Below, one piece after another: positions 28,301 through 41,163 of a stretch of DNA of 64,000 bases. Source of the DNA: Dimorphilus gyrociliatus (taxonomy: Eukaryota > Animalia > Annelida); NCBI GenBank assembly GCA_904063045.1, contig CAJFCJ010000002.1, forward strand, positions 3,281,891 through 3,345,890, read 5' to 3'. Below the pieces are notes generated by a model. It had not been told where the DNA came from, ran no database searches, and saw nothing but the letters and a program-made list of their open reading frames with translations. Made by a program: the position numbers and the translations under genes. Every line of letters begins with the position of its first letter. The stretch's first letter is position 1.

Positions 28301-31300
28301 CAGTGTAACCGGTAGGTAAAGTCACATTTAATGCCATGTGACATCTTTCTCTTGTAGCTATTTTTTCCAGTAGAGTTGGGGGATAACATCGAGTAGATTC
28401 TACATTAAACGAATGGAGGAGTTTGTGTTGACAAAGTACATCTAATCCTTCGGATGCCGTGTCAGAAACGTATTTCAGTAAATACTTTGCCAATGTTGAA
28501 GACGGTTGAAAACAACTCAGACAAGCTGCCATAAGCAGCCATCCTCTCTCAGCTACCAAATTTCTCTTTTCCCGCCAAGTTTGATTTGCAATTTGGACAA
28601 GGATTTCATCTCTTAGCTGACTATTTGATAAGCCATATTGGACAATATAGTCTGATAGAATTTTTTCTCTGATTCCTTGAAGATTTGAATCATTCATATA
28701 TCGCAAGACTAAATGGAATATTTGCACGGCGTCATCCTGCAGAGTTTCATCCTTTTGTATAAAGGCTTTCGAAATTGGCCTAGTTTTCGCTCTCCATTTG
28801 TAATCCTATAAAAATTATAAAATATAAATCAACGTTATTGTTTATTAATAATTTTAACAAGTTAAAGTAGGAAAAGTCTTTTAAATGAAACTAGAATATG
28901 GATGAGAATGTCAAAAAACGAGCAGCTGTTTACGCTAAATCTATATTATCTGTCAAAATTGATCAATTAGGAAATTTTGACTTCATTTCATTCATACTCT
29001 TTCTTAAAATCTGTACTAAAAAGGAGGAAAAAAACCCTTAAACTATATATACTGTTTATATATATCTACAGTAATATATAATGTGTATACAAATATTTTA
29101 GTCTTGCACAATACGGTGCTTAATCAACATTTTCATATCTCTATCAATACTATCTTTACCATTATAGGAGAAAATCAATAACAGCTATAATACATTTTAC
29201 AGTGTTCTGTTAAAAAATATGATTTTTAAAAGTTTCTCCTTTTTTCCATTATATGTTCTCTTCTATTTTTATTTAAAGTTAAAGTTATATTCTCTTTGTT
29301 TATCTGTCAATCACTAAAAATAAGTTTTAAGAGAAAAAGATAGATTTTCAATTAATTTAAACTTTAAGCCTATATAATTTTCCTGGCTAAACACATTTCT
29401 TCCATTTCTCCGACTGTTAATTGTTTAATAATTGCTATTTGTTCACAGTGTCCTAGAATTTTTACTAGAATAAAAAGTTACCATCTTTTAATTGGATATT
29501 TTTTGTTATAATTCAATAAAATAGAAAGAAACTTACACATAACTAAGAAAAAAATTAAAATTAAAACGATATTTATCACACATCAAGTGACCTATTTGCA
29601 TAAATTAATTTAGATTTCCTAATTGGACATGCTGAATGAAAATAATAACCATTATTAGGAAATGATTCTGATCAGAATGCTAAAAAGGTTTTATATTAAA
29701 CGGCTATGATTAAATCAATAATATAAAAGTTATGAAGGAAGTAGTTAACTAAAGAGCGGAAGATATCATGTAATGAAAATCAAGAAAGTAATCAACTCAC
29801 ATGGAAGTAGACATTGGCATATTTACTGAACGAAAACGAATCGATATCCTCAGGCAACGATAATAAATTTCCATCTTTCCTTAATTCACATTCACCTCGA
29901 ACGTTTTTAACGTGAACTTTGTCATGCACAACTTTGTAACTTTGCAGATGGCTAAAAATATAAGCTAATTTGGTTGGTATTTCCAATTGAAGGACATCGA
30001 CTTGTCGTTTCTGAAAATAATCCATAAAAATGGTAATATCGTAATATGTTCAAAATCAAATATTTTAAATATTCGAAGCGTTCAAAAAGTTTGTAAAGGA
30101 AGAAAAATTGGGAGTAGAAAATGAGAAAAATAAGCTATTTTTTATTACTGCGGAACGAATGTGTTGAATGAATATTCAGCTGATAACGGTATCGCCATAA
30201 TCGCTACTAAGCGATAACGATTAGGTATATACAGGTAGAGCGCCGACAAATAGATTGGTATTAATAAATGATAAAGCTAAGGCTATACTTGTATTTATTT
30301 ATTAATGCTTTCAAATGTAAGTTTTCTCATTGGTGAAGAGTAAAGGACTGAATATATAGGCTAAAGCATAACGTAATAAAGTGGATGATTAAAATGTTGA
30401 ATCTATCAATAATTTTTGATAAAATTCCTCTTTTAAATTTGTTTACAAAATGATATATCTAACACGTTATTGCGTCTACTTTATTAGCAAACTTACACCT
30501 AGTTCAAATGAATAAATAGATAGAGTTTTTATATATTTAACTCATTCAATTAATTTCTTTACAATTATCATTATAGCTAAACAGGAAATTGGTTTGTTCT
30601 TTATGATATAATATCTAAAACATGACTAAAATTAAGAATACATCAATAATTTAAAGAAAAAGGCATTATTTACAAAAAGTAATGATTTTTTTAAAAAAAA
30701 AAAAGAATGCTGAAATGTTCACAACTTGTTTACAAGCAAACATTCGATTGTGGTTCTTTCTCCATCCGAATAAAACTTTATCGATTGGTATTATGACCAT
30801 TCTTTAATGTATATGGTTCATTTGATCAATATGAATTAACTACGTACTGAATTATCGAATTTTCGACCAGATTGAACGTTAATCCTACCATCGTAACGAT
30901 AATACACGAATTCTGCCATCGTGACGCGTTGCAGATTTTTTGCAGTATACATATAAAGAGCGCCTGTGTTATTTTTAATAATCGATCATTATTGATTTGG
31001 AGCACGAGTGGCGGTAATTAACAGTTTTTCAAAAATTATAAATTATAGCATTTAAATGAAAAAAGAGAAGGAAAAAAGTGATGAAATTATCTAAACTAAA
31101 AAAAAATATCCGTAATAAACTTACGTGACGTTCATTTATCCTTTGCTTTTCTTTTGCTAATTGCATATCTCTCTCTTTCCGACGTTCAGCTTCCTTCTTT
31201 CTCCTTTCCTCGGCAGCCTTGTTAAATGAAATATTTATTAAAATATCTATCGATCAATTCGAATAATAAGTTTTAAAAGTTTCATTCTTGAATGTCTAGT

Positions 31301-34300
31301 TAGTATTTTAAAACGAATTAAAAAATTACCATTCAAATCTAACTATGCGCCATCTAGCGTTTGAATAGTTAGATATAAAAGTACCTTTATAAAACAATAT
31401 AAAATTAAATTATAAATATATTTACAAGTCGTTCTTTCCTTTCTAATTCTCTTCTCTTTTCCTCTTCCTTTCTCTTTTGCTCTTCTAAGCGTCTCTTTTC
31501 TTCTTGTTTCTTCTTCTTCTCTTTTTCTTTCCTTAATTTATCCTCCTCTTTTAACTTAGTAAAAAGCCTCCTAGCTTTTCGTCTACGCCAAAGACACTGA
31601 GCAAGTATTGTCGATTTCCTAAGCTTATTAAATCGTTGGCTAGATAAATAAAAATCATCATTATACTATTGAAATTCAAATAAATTCCAGTAACAAACTA
31701 CCTTTCCAGATGATATCTTGTAAACTTTTGTAAAATTATAATGGCCTTTACTTTCCTAGCATATCTTTTTCTTTCTAAAAATCCTTTAACAATCTTCTGT
31801 ATGCTAACAATTGCCTTAATTATAATTAGATGTTTGGCCTTTTCTATCACGGATTCAGTTGATTCCTTCATCAGAATTTTATGATGACCTATTTGCCATG
31901 TGTTTATTGGGGCGTTCACTTTCTTCATTATAATCTCACTTAGATCTCTGGCTGATTTAGATTTAATATTGTAACCAAGTATCACGTGATATCTTTGAAT
32001 GAATGTGTCAAAAGGTATTCGAACTGAGAATCCTTCTTTCCTTATTCTGATTGTCTCCAACATTCCCGTATATCTTAGCTGATCTAGGACAACAGAAGTA
32101 TCGAAGCTCATCGGTATCTTATCGTTATTAGGTTTAACGCATCTAACAAAGAAGGGATGGCACTTGGACATAGCATCTATAAGATTTCCTAAGGAGGTAT
32201 GAAAACCAGCTGCTATCGTTGGAGTTTTCGGTTTCAATGTACGAAATTTTGCTTTTCCCGAATCAAGCTGCTTTTCTTTCCAATCCGTGATCATAGTGGA
32301 TATGATACGGCTTCTACTTCTAATTAAAAGTTCTATAACTTCATTGCGCAATATATCTCGGTTTTTGTCAACAAAATAGCGAACGTTATATGTTACTTTT
32401 CCAGCGTAGTGAACGATATTAAAACAAGGGCCTGAAACTCTTGGTTTTTCATAATATTTTGAAGTAGCGTGCTGAAAATGGCACTTTTCTAAGAAAAGGT
32501 TATCAGAACCCTGAGGAAAGTTGCTCTCATCATCCAATAAATGTATAATGCCGTGTGGTTTCCTCGATATTAAATCAATTATTCCCTGATTATCATTAAA
32601 TGTTATCATTTTCCAGTCGATTCCCTCTCTAGCATATTCAGCTTGTTCAATTTTAAATATATGTAAATTAAAATAGAAATGAAGTCTTTCGTTAGCATAA
32701 TTTATGCATAATTGTTCAAAACTGTTATCAGTTAATTCTTCAAACCCAAAAATATCTAACAAAGCTATTGATCCATTACATCTTTTTGAATTGGGTCTTA
32801 CCATCGAATTAACTTTATCCACTAGCCAGGTAAATAAACCAGAATATAAGGCTTTTGCAATGGCGTCTCTTGTATCCAATGCTTGGTCCATATTAAATGG
32901 AGTTATCATTTTTTCTCTTCTAGCAATTGTTACTTTGCTTGTTAGAGCTGAGGTAAGACGTTCTTGAGATAGGGCTAATAGATGAGATATCCATTTAACT
33001 TCAGCCATTCTCCTAATTTCGATTTGTTCCTGCCTGTCATCATTTTGGTTTCTTTGAAAAGATATATTTCCTAAGTGAAGTATTGCTGCTAAAATTCGCC
33101 ATATGGTCGTCTGTTCAGCTTCAGTGAACTTTAAAACCTTAAGGGCAGTGTCTAATTCAACAAAGTCTTTTTTATCATCTTTACTTGCAATTGAACAAGA
33201 ACCACTCTGAACAGTTTAATAAAATGTTAATTAACACGTCTAAAACAAATGATAGTTTGCCTTACAAACCTGAGTTAAATAAAAATATTGTTCAGCCGTC
33301 ATTAACCCGTAGTTGTCTTTTTCAGCCCTACTTAATCCAGATAGCATTTCATAAAAAATATGATAATTCCTCTCTCCAGGACTCTGAGTAACAATTCTAG
33401 ATCTTTCTAAAAGATATTCAGTTGTCTTCGCACCCATAATTGAACAACTGTAAATATTAAAAAACGAAAAAACTTAATATATGCTTGATTAAAAGAGAAG
33501 AGAGGGGGGCGGTAGGAGAGGAGAAATTTGAAATATGAAATTTATTTGAAAAACGCTATAAGAAAAAGTATTTTAGAATTTCAAGTATCACTTGAAACAT
33601 TTTTTTGCAATCTTTATCCTCTACTGATATGAATACATGCAAAGAACGAGAAAAGAAAGTTTCCATTTCTTTTGGTATAAGGGTTTTATAGAAAATAAAT
33701 TACTAGACAGGAGGGAAAATAGATTATTAATTCTGTCATTATTTTATATGTATATAGTATTATCTAATATGTAAATGTTAGTTATTGATTCATCATTTTT
33801 ATGAATTTGAGAGCACTTGCGATAAGTCTCAACAGATTTATTGTACCTATACAGTACACATATTTTAATAGAGTGTTGCTTTTCATTGGAATTTTTTATC
33901 TTTGTTCCATTGTTTATACATGATAGGACAAACAACTTACTTATAATATGCTAATTCAATATATTTTCCAAATCTAGAGGAATTATCATTCCTAGTTGTT
34001 TTGGCATTTCCAAAAGATTCTAAAAGTGGATTTGCTTCTAAGATCTGTTGTGTAACATCCTTTTGCGAATGTCTATCTACTGATGCTAAATATTGCATCA
34101 ATAGTTTAGCACTCTCCGTCTTTCCAGCGCCAGACTCTCCACTGATAACAACAACTTGCTTGTCATCTTTAAGTAAACGTTCGTAAGCTGCATTTCCGAT
34201 AGCAAACAAATGACTGAAAGGAATGGTTAATGCTAATTGATTTTGTATGTTATCAATTAAAGACTTACGGTGGTTTATCCGTTAAAGCAGACTTATTATA

Positions 34301-35047
34301 CTCATCCACTTTATCTTTCCCGTAGATATTGAAGAGTTTATACGGGTTAACTGAGACTAGGATACTACCGGTATACGTCTGTTTGCATGAAATGATTCAT
34401 TAGATAAATATTGAGGGTGTACAATTTATTACAATAGCAACTTACATATATCAGTTCATTTTCATAGCGCTTTCTTAGATTTTTAAGCATATTTTCCTCA
34501 TCCAGCTGCCTGTATTGATATTATTTTAGCTTTAATTTTTATCCAATAAGTTAGTTCTAACAATCATATTATTCAAGTACAAATAATTCATAAATAATTA
34601 TACTTCAGCTTAGAATTGATTAGATATATTTATACAATTATTTATTTTAAATATTAAATTTTCAACTATATAAACAAGTTTTTGAATAGAAATAGTAAAA
34701 TATAACTTTAATTTATGTAGATTCCCATTGTATGATAATAATAAATATGAAAATAATAATAAAATAACTACTATTCGTGTTGTATATTTTTTTACCGGAT
34801 GCTACATTACTGTACTAACATAGAAAAAGTTCTCTTCATACACCTAACACATTCTTGTGACTAAGGTCCTTTGAATGATGTGAAAGAAAAAGTATGTTTT
34901 TAACAATTAATTACTCTTTTAAATATGGTTTTACAATCAATAAATTGATTGATATATACTATTTTACATATATTTCCTGACCTTATTTATAAGTTGTCTT
35001 TTCTCTTACAAATATTCAGTTTATTTGCTTGTAGTATACCATATATA

Positions 35048-35086
<39 letters not shown>

Positions 35087-35732
35087 TATTGAACATAAAT
35101 ATAATAGAAACTCTACTTAAAGGCACTTGAACGTTATACTAGTTAATGACCACTATGTTTTTCAACTTTTTTAGCCCTATTTCAATACCAAACTAGATAG
35201 GTGAGATGTATATTCCATACTTTTAAAGAAAAATAATCACAACAAGTATAGTTCAAAGGCGGGGCCTGAATAAAAACTGCCTTAAATATATAAGCAAACG
35301 AATAAGGACAACATTTTGAATGGGGTGTATTATTAAAGTGATAATCAAGGAGAAATTTTTTCTGCTTGATTTTTAATTATTTATAAAGATATAATAGATA
35401 TGATATGATGAAAGAAGAACGGTAAAAGCATTATATATATATATATTCTAAAAATTAATCCAAAACTAGACCTTAGAATTTGAAATCATACTACAAATGA
35501 AATCGATACATGATTCCATTCTTTACTAGTGAAAATATCACGATTTTCTTGTCATGATAGTTTCAAACTGACAAATAGAGATGGCAATAAAATGTTAAAC
35601 GTACTGCAAATGTATCATGTCTGGACAACCATTATCATCATCCTTTTCGCCCATGTGGCTGACAGTAAGCTTTTGTCTACCATTCTCTCCATTGGAAAAG
35701 ATAATTGAAGCCTCTCTTTCTTCATCCATCAT
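22382..35732 (-). CDS. MYO15A: Unconventional myosin XV (motor-IQ-charged helix-MyTH4-FERM-like-SH3-MyTH4-FERM), about 2434 aa, 20 exons: 35605-35732, 34446-34509, 34269-34378, 33941-34213, 33270-33447, 31702-33206, 31426-31639, 31125-31217, 29801-30010, 27525-28805, 25310-27033, 24684-24790, 24384-24427, 24154-24226, 23979-24055, 23021-23921, 22855-22904, 22704-22787, 22509-22640, 22382-22438
   Basis: Motor motifs [14 protein letters not shown]-loop [45 protein letters not shown]; three IQ-like motifs; MyTH4 ([13 protein letters not shown]...[12 protein letters not shown]); SH3 ([20 protein letters not shown]...GWLYG...GLFP); second MyTH4 ([13 protein letters not shown]...GWRLM) and C-terminal FERM. 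The tandem MyTH4 tail with a central SH3 and Pro-rich insert fits class XV. All 19 introns are GT-AG with matching phases (7305 nt total). No long vertebrate-type N-terminal extension is seen. Confidence 0.93.
30848..30919 (-). CDS. Candidate internal first exon ([24 protein letters not shown]) for a motor-less myosin XV isoform
   Basis: GTCACG-ATG-G strong start context, 24 open codons, donor TCA|GTACGT (same hexamer as the exon-1 donor), phase 0 matching exon 29801-30010. Confidence 0.55.
35053..35083. repeat. (TA)n microsatellite in myosin intron 1
   Basis: Direct reading. Confidence 0.9.
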
Positions 35733-36475
35733 TTTTATCCAAGTGTCCTCTATATTTTAATTAGAAGAGACGCCCAATCGATATCCATAGTCAATATATA
35801 TTTGTATAAAAAAAATCTTTCACTCAATGAAGGATAGGGTGGTGCCCGCCTTATATGCGGTTACTATACTACTTCCTTTAAAGCTATATAGTTTTCTTTT
35901 TATTAGTTTAAATTTCTTGTATTTCCTTATCTGTCAAAGTTGCCCAAATCATGAAATATTCAATATGAAAATTGTTGACAGTTATAACAACTTGTTAAGA
36001 TAAAGAAATCCTGTTGTAAAAGAATAAGACGCAGTCGTAAAATGTTAAACTAAACGTTTTTATGATTTAATGAAGCGGGGAGGAGCCGTGTAAGTGTATT
36101 TGCAATACTATTCATAAAAGGCCGGTCTCGATCGTATTGAATTTATTATTGAACAGTTTTTGCTATTTAATCGATACAAAATAGAAAAAGACTTATGTAT
36201 TCTTCTTCATTCATTTAATTTTATCGTTTATTAATTAACTGTACAATGCACATTTTACCATCTTAGCATATAAATTTTCAATAATAGTCTATCTCTATAT
36301 TGCGCATAGACATATACCTTTATGGCTACTCTATAGACGATAGATGGCGTCTAGGAATATATTCTGTATTTTTAAGAAAATTTTAAATCGAAAGTTAAAT
36401 AATAAGTTATTTGTAAAATAATTTAAAATCGTGTCGTAGCTAAGAAATTCACTTTGTTTTCTAGAACTGAATAAA
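35733..36475. promoter_or_regulatory. Divergent (head-to-head) promoter region between myosin XV and the CARD gene
   Basis: About 740 bp between the two predicted start codons on opposite strands; contains a YY1-like AGATGGCG fused to GCGTCTA at 36342-36353. Confidence 0.5.
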
Positions 36476-39400
36476 ATGTTGACTACTCAGGTAGATAATA
36501 CACGTAAAAACGTTCAAAATTTAATTAATAATTGATAAATTCCCTTCTAATTAGAGAAGGAAGGATGCTCAACGAAAAGGAACAAAGTCACAAAGTCGAA
36601 ATGATAAGGTATTTACCATTTATTCACAAATTTTTATGTTCAAAATTCATTCTTACCATAATGGAACTTCTTTTTAAGAAGAGTCCAGAATCTGAAAAGA
36701 AAAGAACTTCTCGTACGGTAAATGTTTGTAGTTGAATATTCATAAATTTACATCCTTAATTTCTTGAATAATTTATAGGTAAACAAAGAGAATCGAGAAC
36801 AGGAATTAGGCGAAAAGGTAAGAAAGATAAACAAGAGATAAGAAAGAATAAACTAGTATATTTTAACATAAAAGTTGAAATTAATTAAATACTTGACAAG
36901 ATATTGGTTTTCTAGTTTAATTAGTTATATAAAAATATGATATTTCGAACTCGAATTACTTTATCATAAGGAGATCTTGTTTTGAAAGGAAACTACTTAC
37001 GCACCTTCAACTTCTATTGATGAAGAATCTCATAGGAATCAGGTTAATAAGATATTCAACATTTTTAACTGATTCAAGCGACATATATATGTATTTATAC
37101 TGTATATACAATCTTCTCTGTTGTAAAGGGAGGAAGAGAGGACGAGACCTTGAGTGACTATTCAACTGCTAGTGTGCGTTGTTGTTTTTTCTTTATTATA
37201 GAAACAATACTATGAAAAGTAATGAAATGAAAATTTAATGCTTATTTTCTTTTCTTTTATAGGCGAGACTTGAGGATGAAAGATCAGAAAGATCTCGTTT
37301 AAACGTATAGATTTATTGAAAAAAATATATACAATATATTAAAATTAATATTTCTCTTTCTTTCTTTTCAAATGAATAGACGTCAAGGAAATATGAAAGC
37401 CATCTTCTTCCTCATGATTCCCAGACTTTTCGTAGTATAATCGATACTCATCGATTTGATTTGATCGATCATTTAGTTTGCAATACAAGCTTTTTGAATA
37501 ATTTATCACAATTTGGTTTTATTGAAAGAGATGAAATTGTTAATTTTGCGGTAATAAGCCTAATATTTTCTTATATTTTTTTTCTCTATAACAATTAATA
37601 GTTTAAATAGCAAAATATTTAAAATATCTTTCTTAATAATGCATTGATATAAATAGATGATATACAAGGTTTTGTGCCAATAATATATTGCTATGTAAAC
37701 CTATTTACAGAGGTATAGAGATAAAACGGTTCAGAACACGCTGCTTTTAGAAGAATTACAAGCCTCGCATAAAAAGTATGGTGAAGAAAGCTATTCAAAT
37801 TTTTTAGAATGTTTGCGAAGGAGTGATCAAACTCAACTGGCTGAACGTTTAACAAATGTTGAACAGGAGGTGAAAATTGTTGACGAATGTTAGTTTATAT
37901 TAAGAAAATATCTCTTCAAAAAGTTATTTACTCCTTATATTATTATAATTTCTCCAGATCAAAAGATTTTGGAAGAACATCTTGATTCCGTTGATAAATA
38001 TCTTAGCCTTGAGTCAAGGAGGGCGCAAATCGCCGAAAGAATACAACCAGGAGCTAAAGTCAGAGCAACACATCTCGAAACTTCTAGGCATTCGGATCGA
38101 AATTCCTTATCAGAATTTTTGCACAAAGTGGGTTATACGACTAAGCTGACCTTGCATCAGTTCGAAAGGTGTCGGGAAGTAATTGATAAATTACACAGAG
38201 ATTGCGATGAAGTTGCTAAAACTAATGCTGAAATGTTGTACAAGTTAAAAGAATGTGACGAAATTATTTCAAGGTCTCTACCTCCTCATTTAAGGGAAAA
38301 GAAAACTGGTAAAGAATTAGCAAGAATTACCCCAAGAACTCCAAGGTCGAAGAGAAATGAGGCCGAACTTTTCATGGCATCTATCAAATACAATATGCGT
38401 AAATTAAAGGTTAAAAGACCTTTAAACTGTATTCTAAATGAATTAATGCAACCTATTTTTCAGGAAGACTTGCACAGTCAAGAAGTTGGCCGGATGCAAT
38501 GCGAAATAATTGCTGGACAGATGGAGAGAGATGTTAAGGATAGAACACAAAATCTTAGTAAATACACTGAACCACCACCAAGGGATGGTAGAACAGTTAA
38601 ATATCTGTTGAACGTGCCGGAATTTACCGGTACAAAACCGAACGAACTTAAGAAAAGATTAGAGGATCTAGCTATCGCTTTGCATTACTATACATATCAC
38701 GAAGGACAATTAACTCATCAAATGAATATAACCAAATATAAGAGAATAATATCTCATAGAAACTTTGACAAAGTCGATAAAGATTTAAAAATACTGCAAT
38801 CTCAATTGAAAAATAATGAAAAGGAGAAAGCAATAGCTACAGCAAGCCATATTGTAGACGTCACAAAGTCGGAAAGAGAAGATTGCTTAAAAATATTAAA
38901 CAATATTGAAAAGCACGTTGGAAGTCGTAAACAAAAGTTATATGAAGCTATCACAGATTCAAAGCCTATTAGGAGGCGGAAAAAGTCAAAGAACAATCAG
39001 CAAGGCACCGACTCTAATTTTTCTAAGAGATTAGCAGAACTTGATACAGAAGTAGGGGAGTATATTGACTTGGAAATGACTCTGGGTCAGCGCTATCGAT
39101 CCGAATTAGCCCATAAAACGCAAGATTTCAGCGCAAAGATGAGAAAAAAGGAAAAATATATAAGAGACTCCGAGCGCCGTCTGGTGGCTCTTGAAAATGA
39201 TAAAGATAAATATAAACGGCTGTATACTAATGAGAAATCCTTGAATGTTTTACAAAAGCCAACTTTAGCTCGAAAAAAAGATGATCTTTCGACAGCCCTT
39301 ATGGCATATGAAGAGCCTCGTAAGGAAACTCCGCCCAAAAGACGACCTAGGAGAAAGAATAAGGTAAAAGAAGATAAAGAAAAGGATGATTTATTGGTTG

Positions 39401-39696
39401 AAAGAATGACTTTCAAAACGAGACCAAAAATAGCAAGAAGAGTGAGGAAAAGTATTGAAAAGAAAGAAGAAGAGGTCCGCGAAAAAGAGTCAATCGTCAT
39501 TTCTCTACCATCAATTGATGTAAATTAAGAAAAAGACAATTTTCAAATATGATTAATTTTTTTTACATAAATAATTACAAAAATAATCTAATTTTCTTAA
39601 ATTACATCAATAAAGGAGGGAAGAAATCGTGAAAATACAATAGATGATTCAAGATCAAACTCTGAAGAGCCAGGAATGAGAAATTATTTTAAGTGA
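36476..39696 (+). CDS. CARD-domain and coiled-coil protein, about 759 aa; exons 36476-36490, 36555-36608, 36679-36717, 36779-36817, 36989-37042, 37129-37173, 37263-37304, 37380-37550, 37711-37888, 37958-39519, 39616-39696
   Basis: The 519-aa track ORF extends upstream through phase-compatible exons. Exons 8-9 give FRSIIDTHRFDLIDHLVCNTSFLNNLSQFGFIERDEIVNFA/RYRDKTVQNTLLLEELQASHKKYGEESYSNFLECLRRSDQTQLAERL, which has the CARD/death-fold pattern (HRxxLI..L...G.I...E....T..QN.LLL..L....FL.CL...Q..LA..L). The large exon is helical, K/E/R-rich with basic clusters. The tiny 5' exons, the start codon and the last exon are less certain (without the last splice the ORF stops at 39528). Confidence 0.75.
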
Positions 39697-40016
39697 ACAA
39701 TTCAAATTCTCTCTGGATAGAAAAATAAATACAAAATAATAAATGATAATAAAAAGTCATGCTTTATTGATTTATAGTATATACATATGAGAACAACTGC
39801 AATACATAACAATAATACAGCAAATACTTGTATATTTTGAAATCTTTATTTAGAATATTATCAGTTTTCCATATCTATATTGTATATATAATAAGAAAAT
39901 TTCAGTTTTGAATATTTTGTAAGAGAAAGTGGAACAAAATGAATTTTTTTGGCAAATCATTTACGTTTCTACAAATGATACTTTCCATATTTAACTAAGA
40001 AAAGTAGTTAACTTGC

Positions 40017-40350
40017 CCAGAAAAGAACTTTCGCCACTACCTGAGAAACCGCTTCCTTTATCCATAAATTCGTTACTCGACTGTTTACAAGAGAATTATA
40101 GTTGTTTTATTTACAACAGAAGTTTACCGAATTAAAAGAATAAAGTAAATTATTTAGTGTTTAAATAATAAATTTAATCAGTCTTATATAAAAATAACAG
40201 TTGTTTAAAAAATGATGTAACAATCCTATGAAGGATTTACAATATTTGTAAGAAAAAGCTTACCATAAAGTCTAGGGATGATTTTCCTATTCTATTTATA
40301 GCAACTAAAATAATTAAGAAATTTATAACTAAAAAAGTTTTCTTTGACAT
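40017..40350 (-). CDS. Possible small signal-peptide-bearing protein gene (exons 40264-40350 and about 40017-40080, possibly a third at 39702-39826)
   Basis: ATG 40350 MSKKTFLVINFLIILVAINRIGKSSLDFM, donor ATG|GTAAGC, acceptor CTCTTGTAAACAG, phase 0 to SSNEFMDKGSGFSGSGESSFL. No homology recognised; AT-rich DNA gives hydrophobic frames by chance. Confidence 0.3.
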
Positions 40351-41163
40351 TTCAACAGCCTTTTTTAATACGAACTGTCGAGTAGGTATATTTTCCTTAT
40401 CCTTTATAGTTAGGGATACAATAGCTTGTAAGATTATACGGAATGTCGAAATTTATGATAATTTGAACGTTTTATGACCTTTTAACTTACCTTGTTTAAA
40501 GGTTATAAGGAGTTAACAATTTTCTAATTGATTTTGTTAAGAAAATAATTTTACTTGATCTTAAGTGAGTAATAAAATCTCTACAGGAAATTTTTCTTAG
40601 CATATTTACATACTTCTTCCATTTCTGGCACTAAGATTTAGAATTAAGGGAAAGGAAAATACACCTAATCCTTTACAAGTACTTTTTTTACTATTGTAGT
40701 TTCAATGGAACAATATGATAAAATAGTCTATTACAGTAGCAATTTTATGTAACCAACACCTGTCAAAAGATTAATTATTAATTAGTACAATTACTGCTAT
40801 GCTTTACAAACTATAGGATATAAAAGCGATAACTATTTCATTATATAGATTTTATTGAAAATAGTTTTTTTCTGATAAATGTTATCACTCTAATAGTTCT
40901 GAGAGGTCTCAAAGCTAATGATAGAAATGTTTTTAAAACCTGCCATTACTTCCATATGCTGATTTGAGCAGATGAAAATTTAAATAGGATTTGTTATTCT
41001 AATTCAACATGTGGTTTAACTATTGATTTAATGTTAATGGTATTTATTAAAAACTAATTTCATTCTCTAATCTGCAGCGTTTCTATCTAAGTTTAAAAAG
41101 AGTTGTATAAACATTTGATAAGGGTTTTATTCTATTAAATAATATATTTTGAATTTGAAGAGT

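Noticed and set aside
30140-30200. Second ATG frame in the long myosin intron ([17 protein letters not shown])
   Set aside because: It ends in a stop, and the nearby GT is phase 2, incompatible with the next exon.
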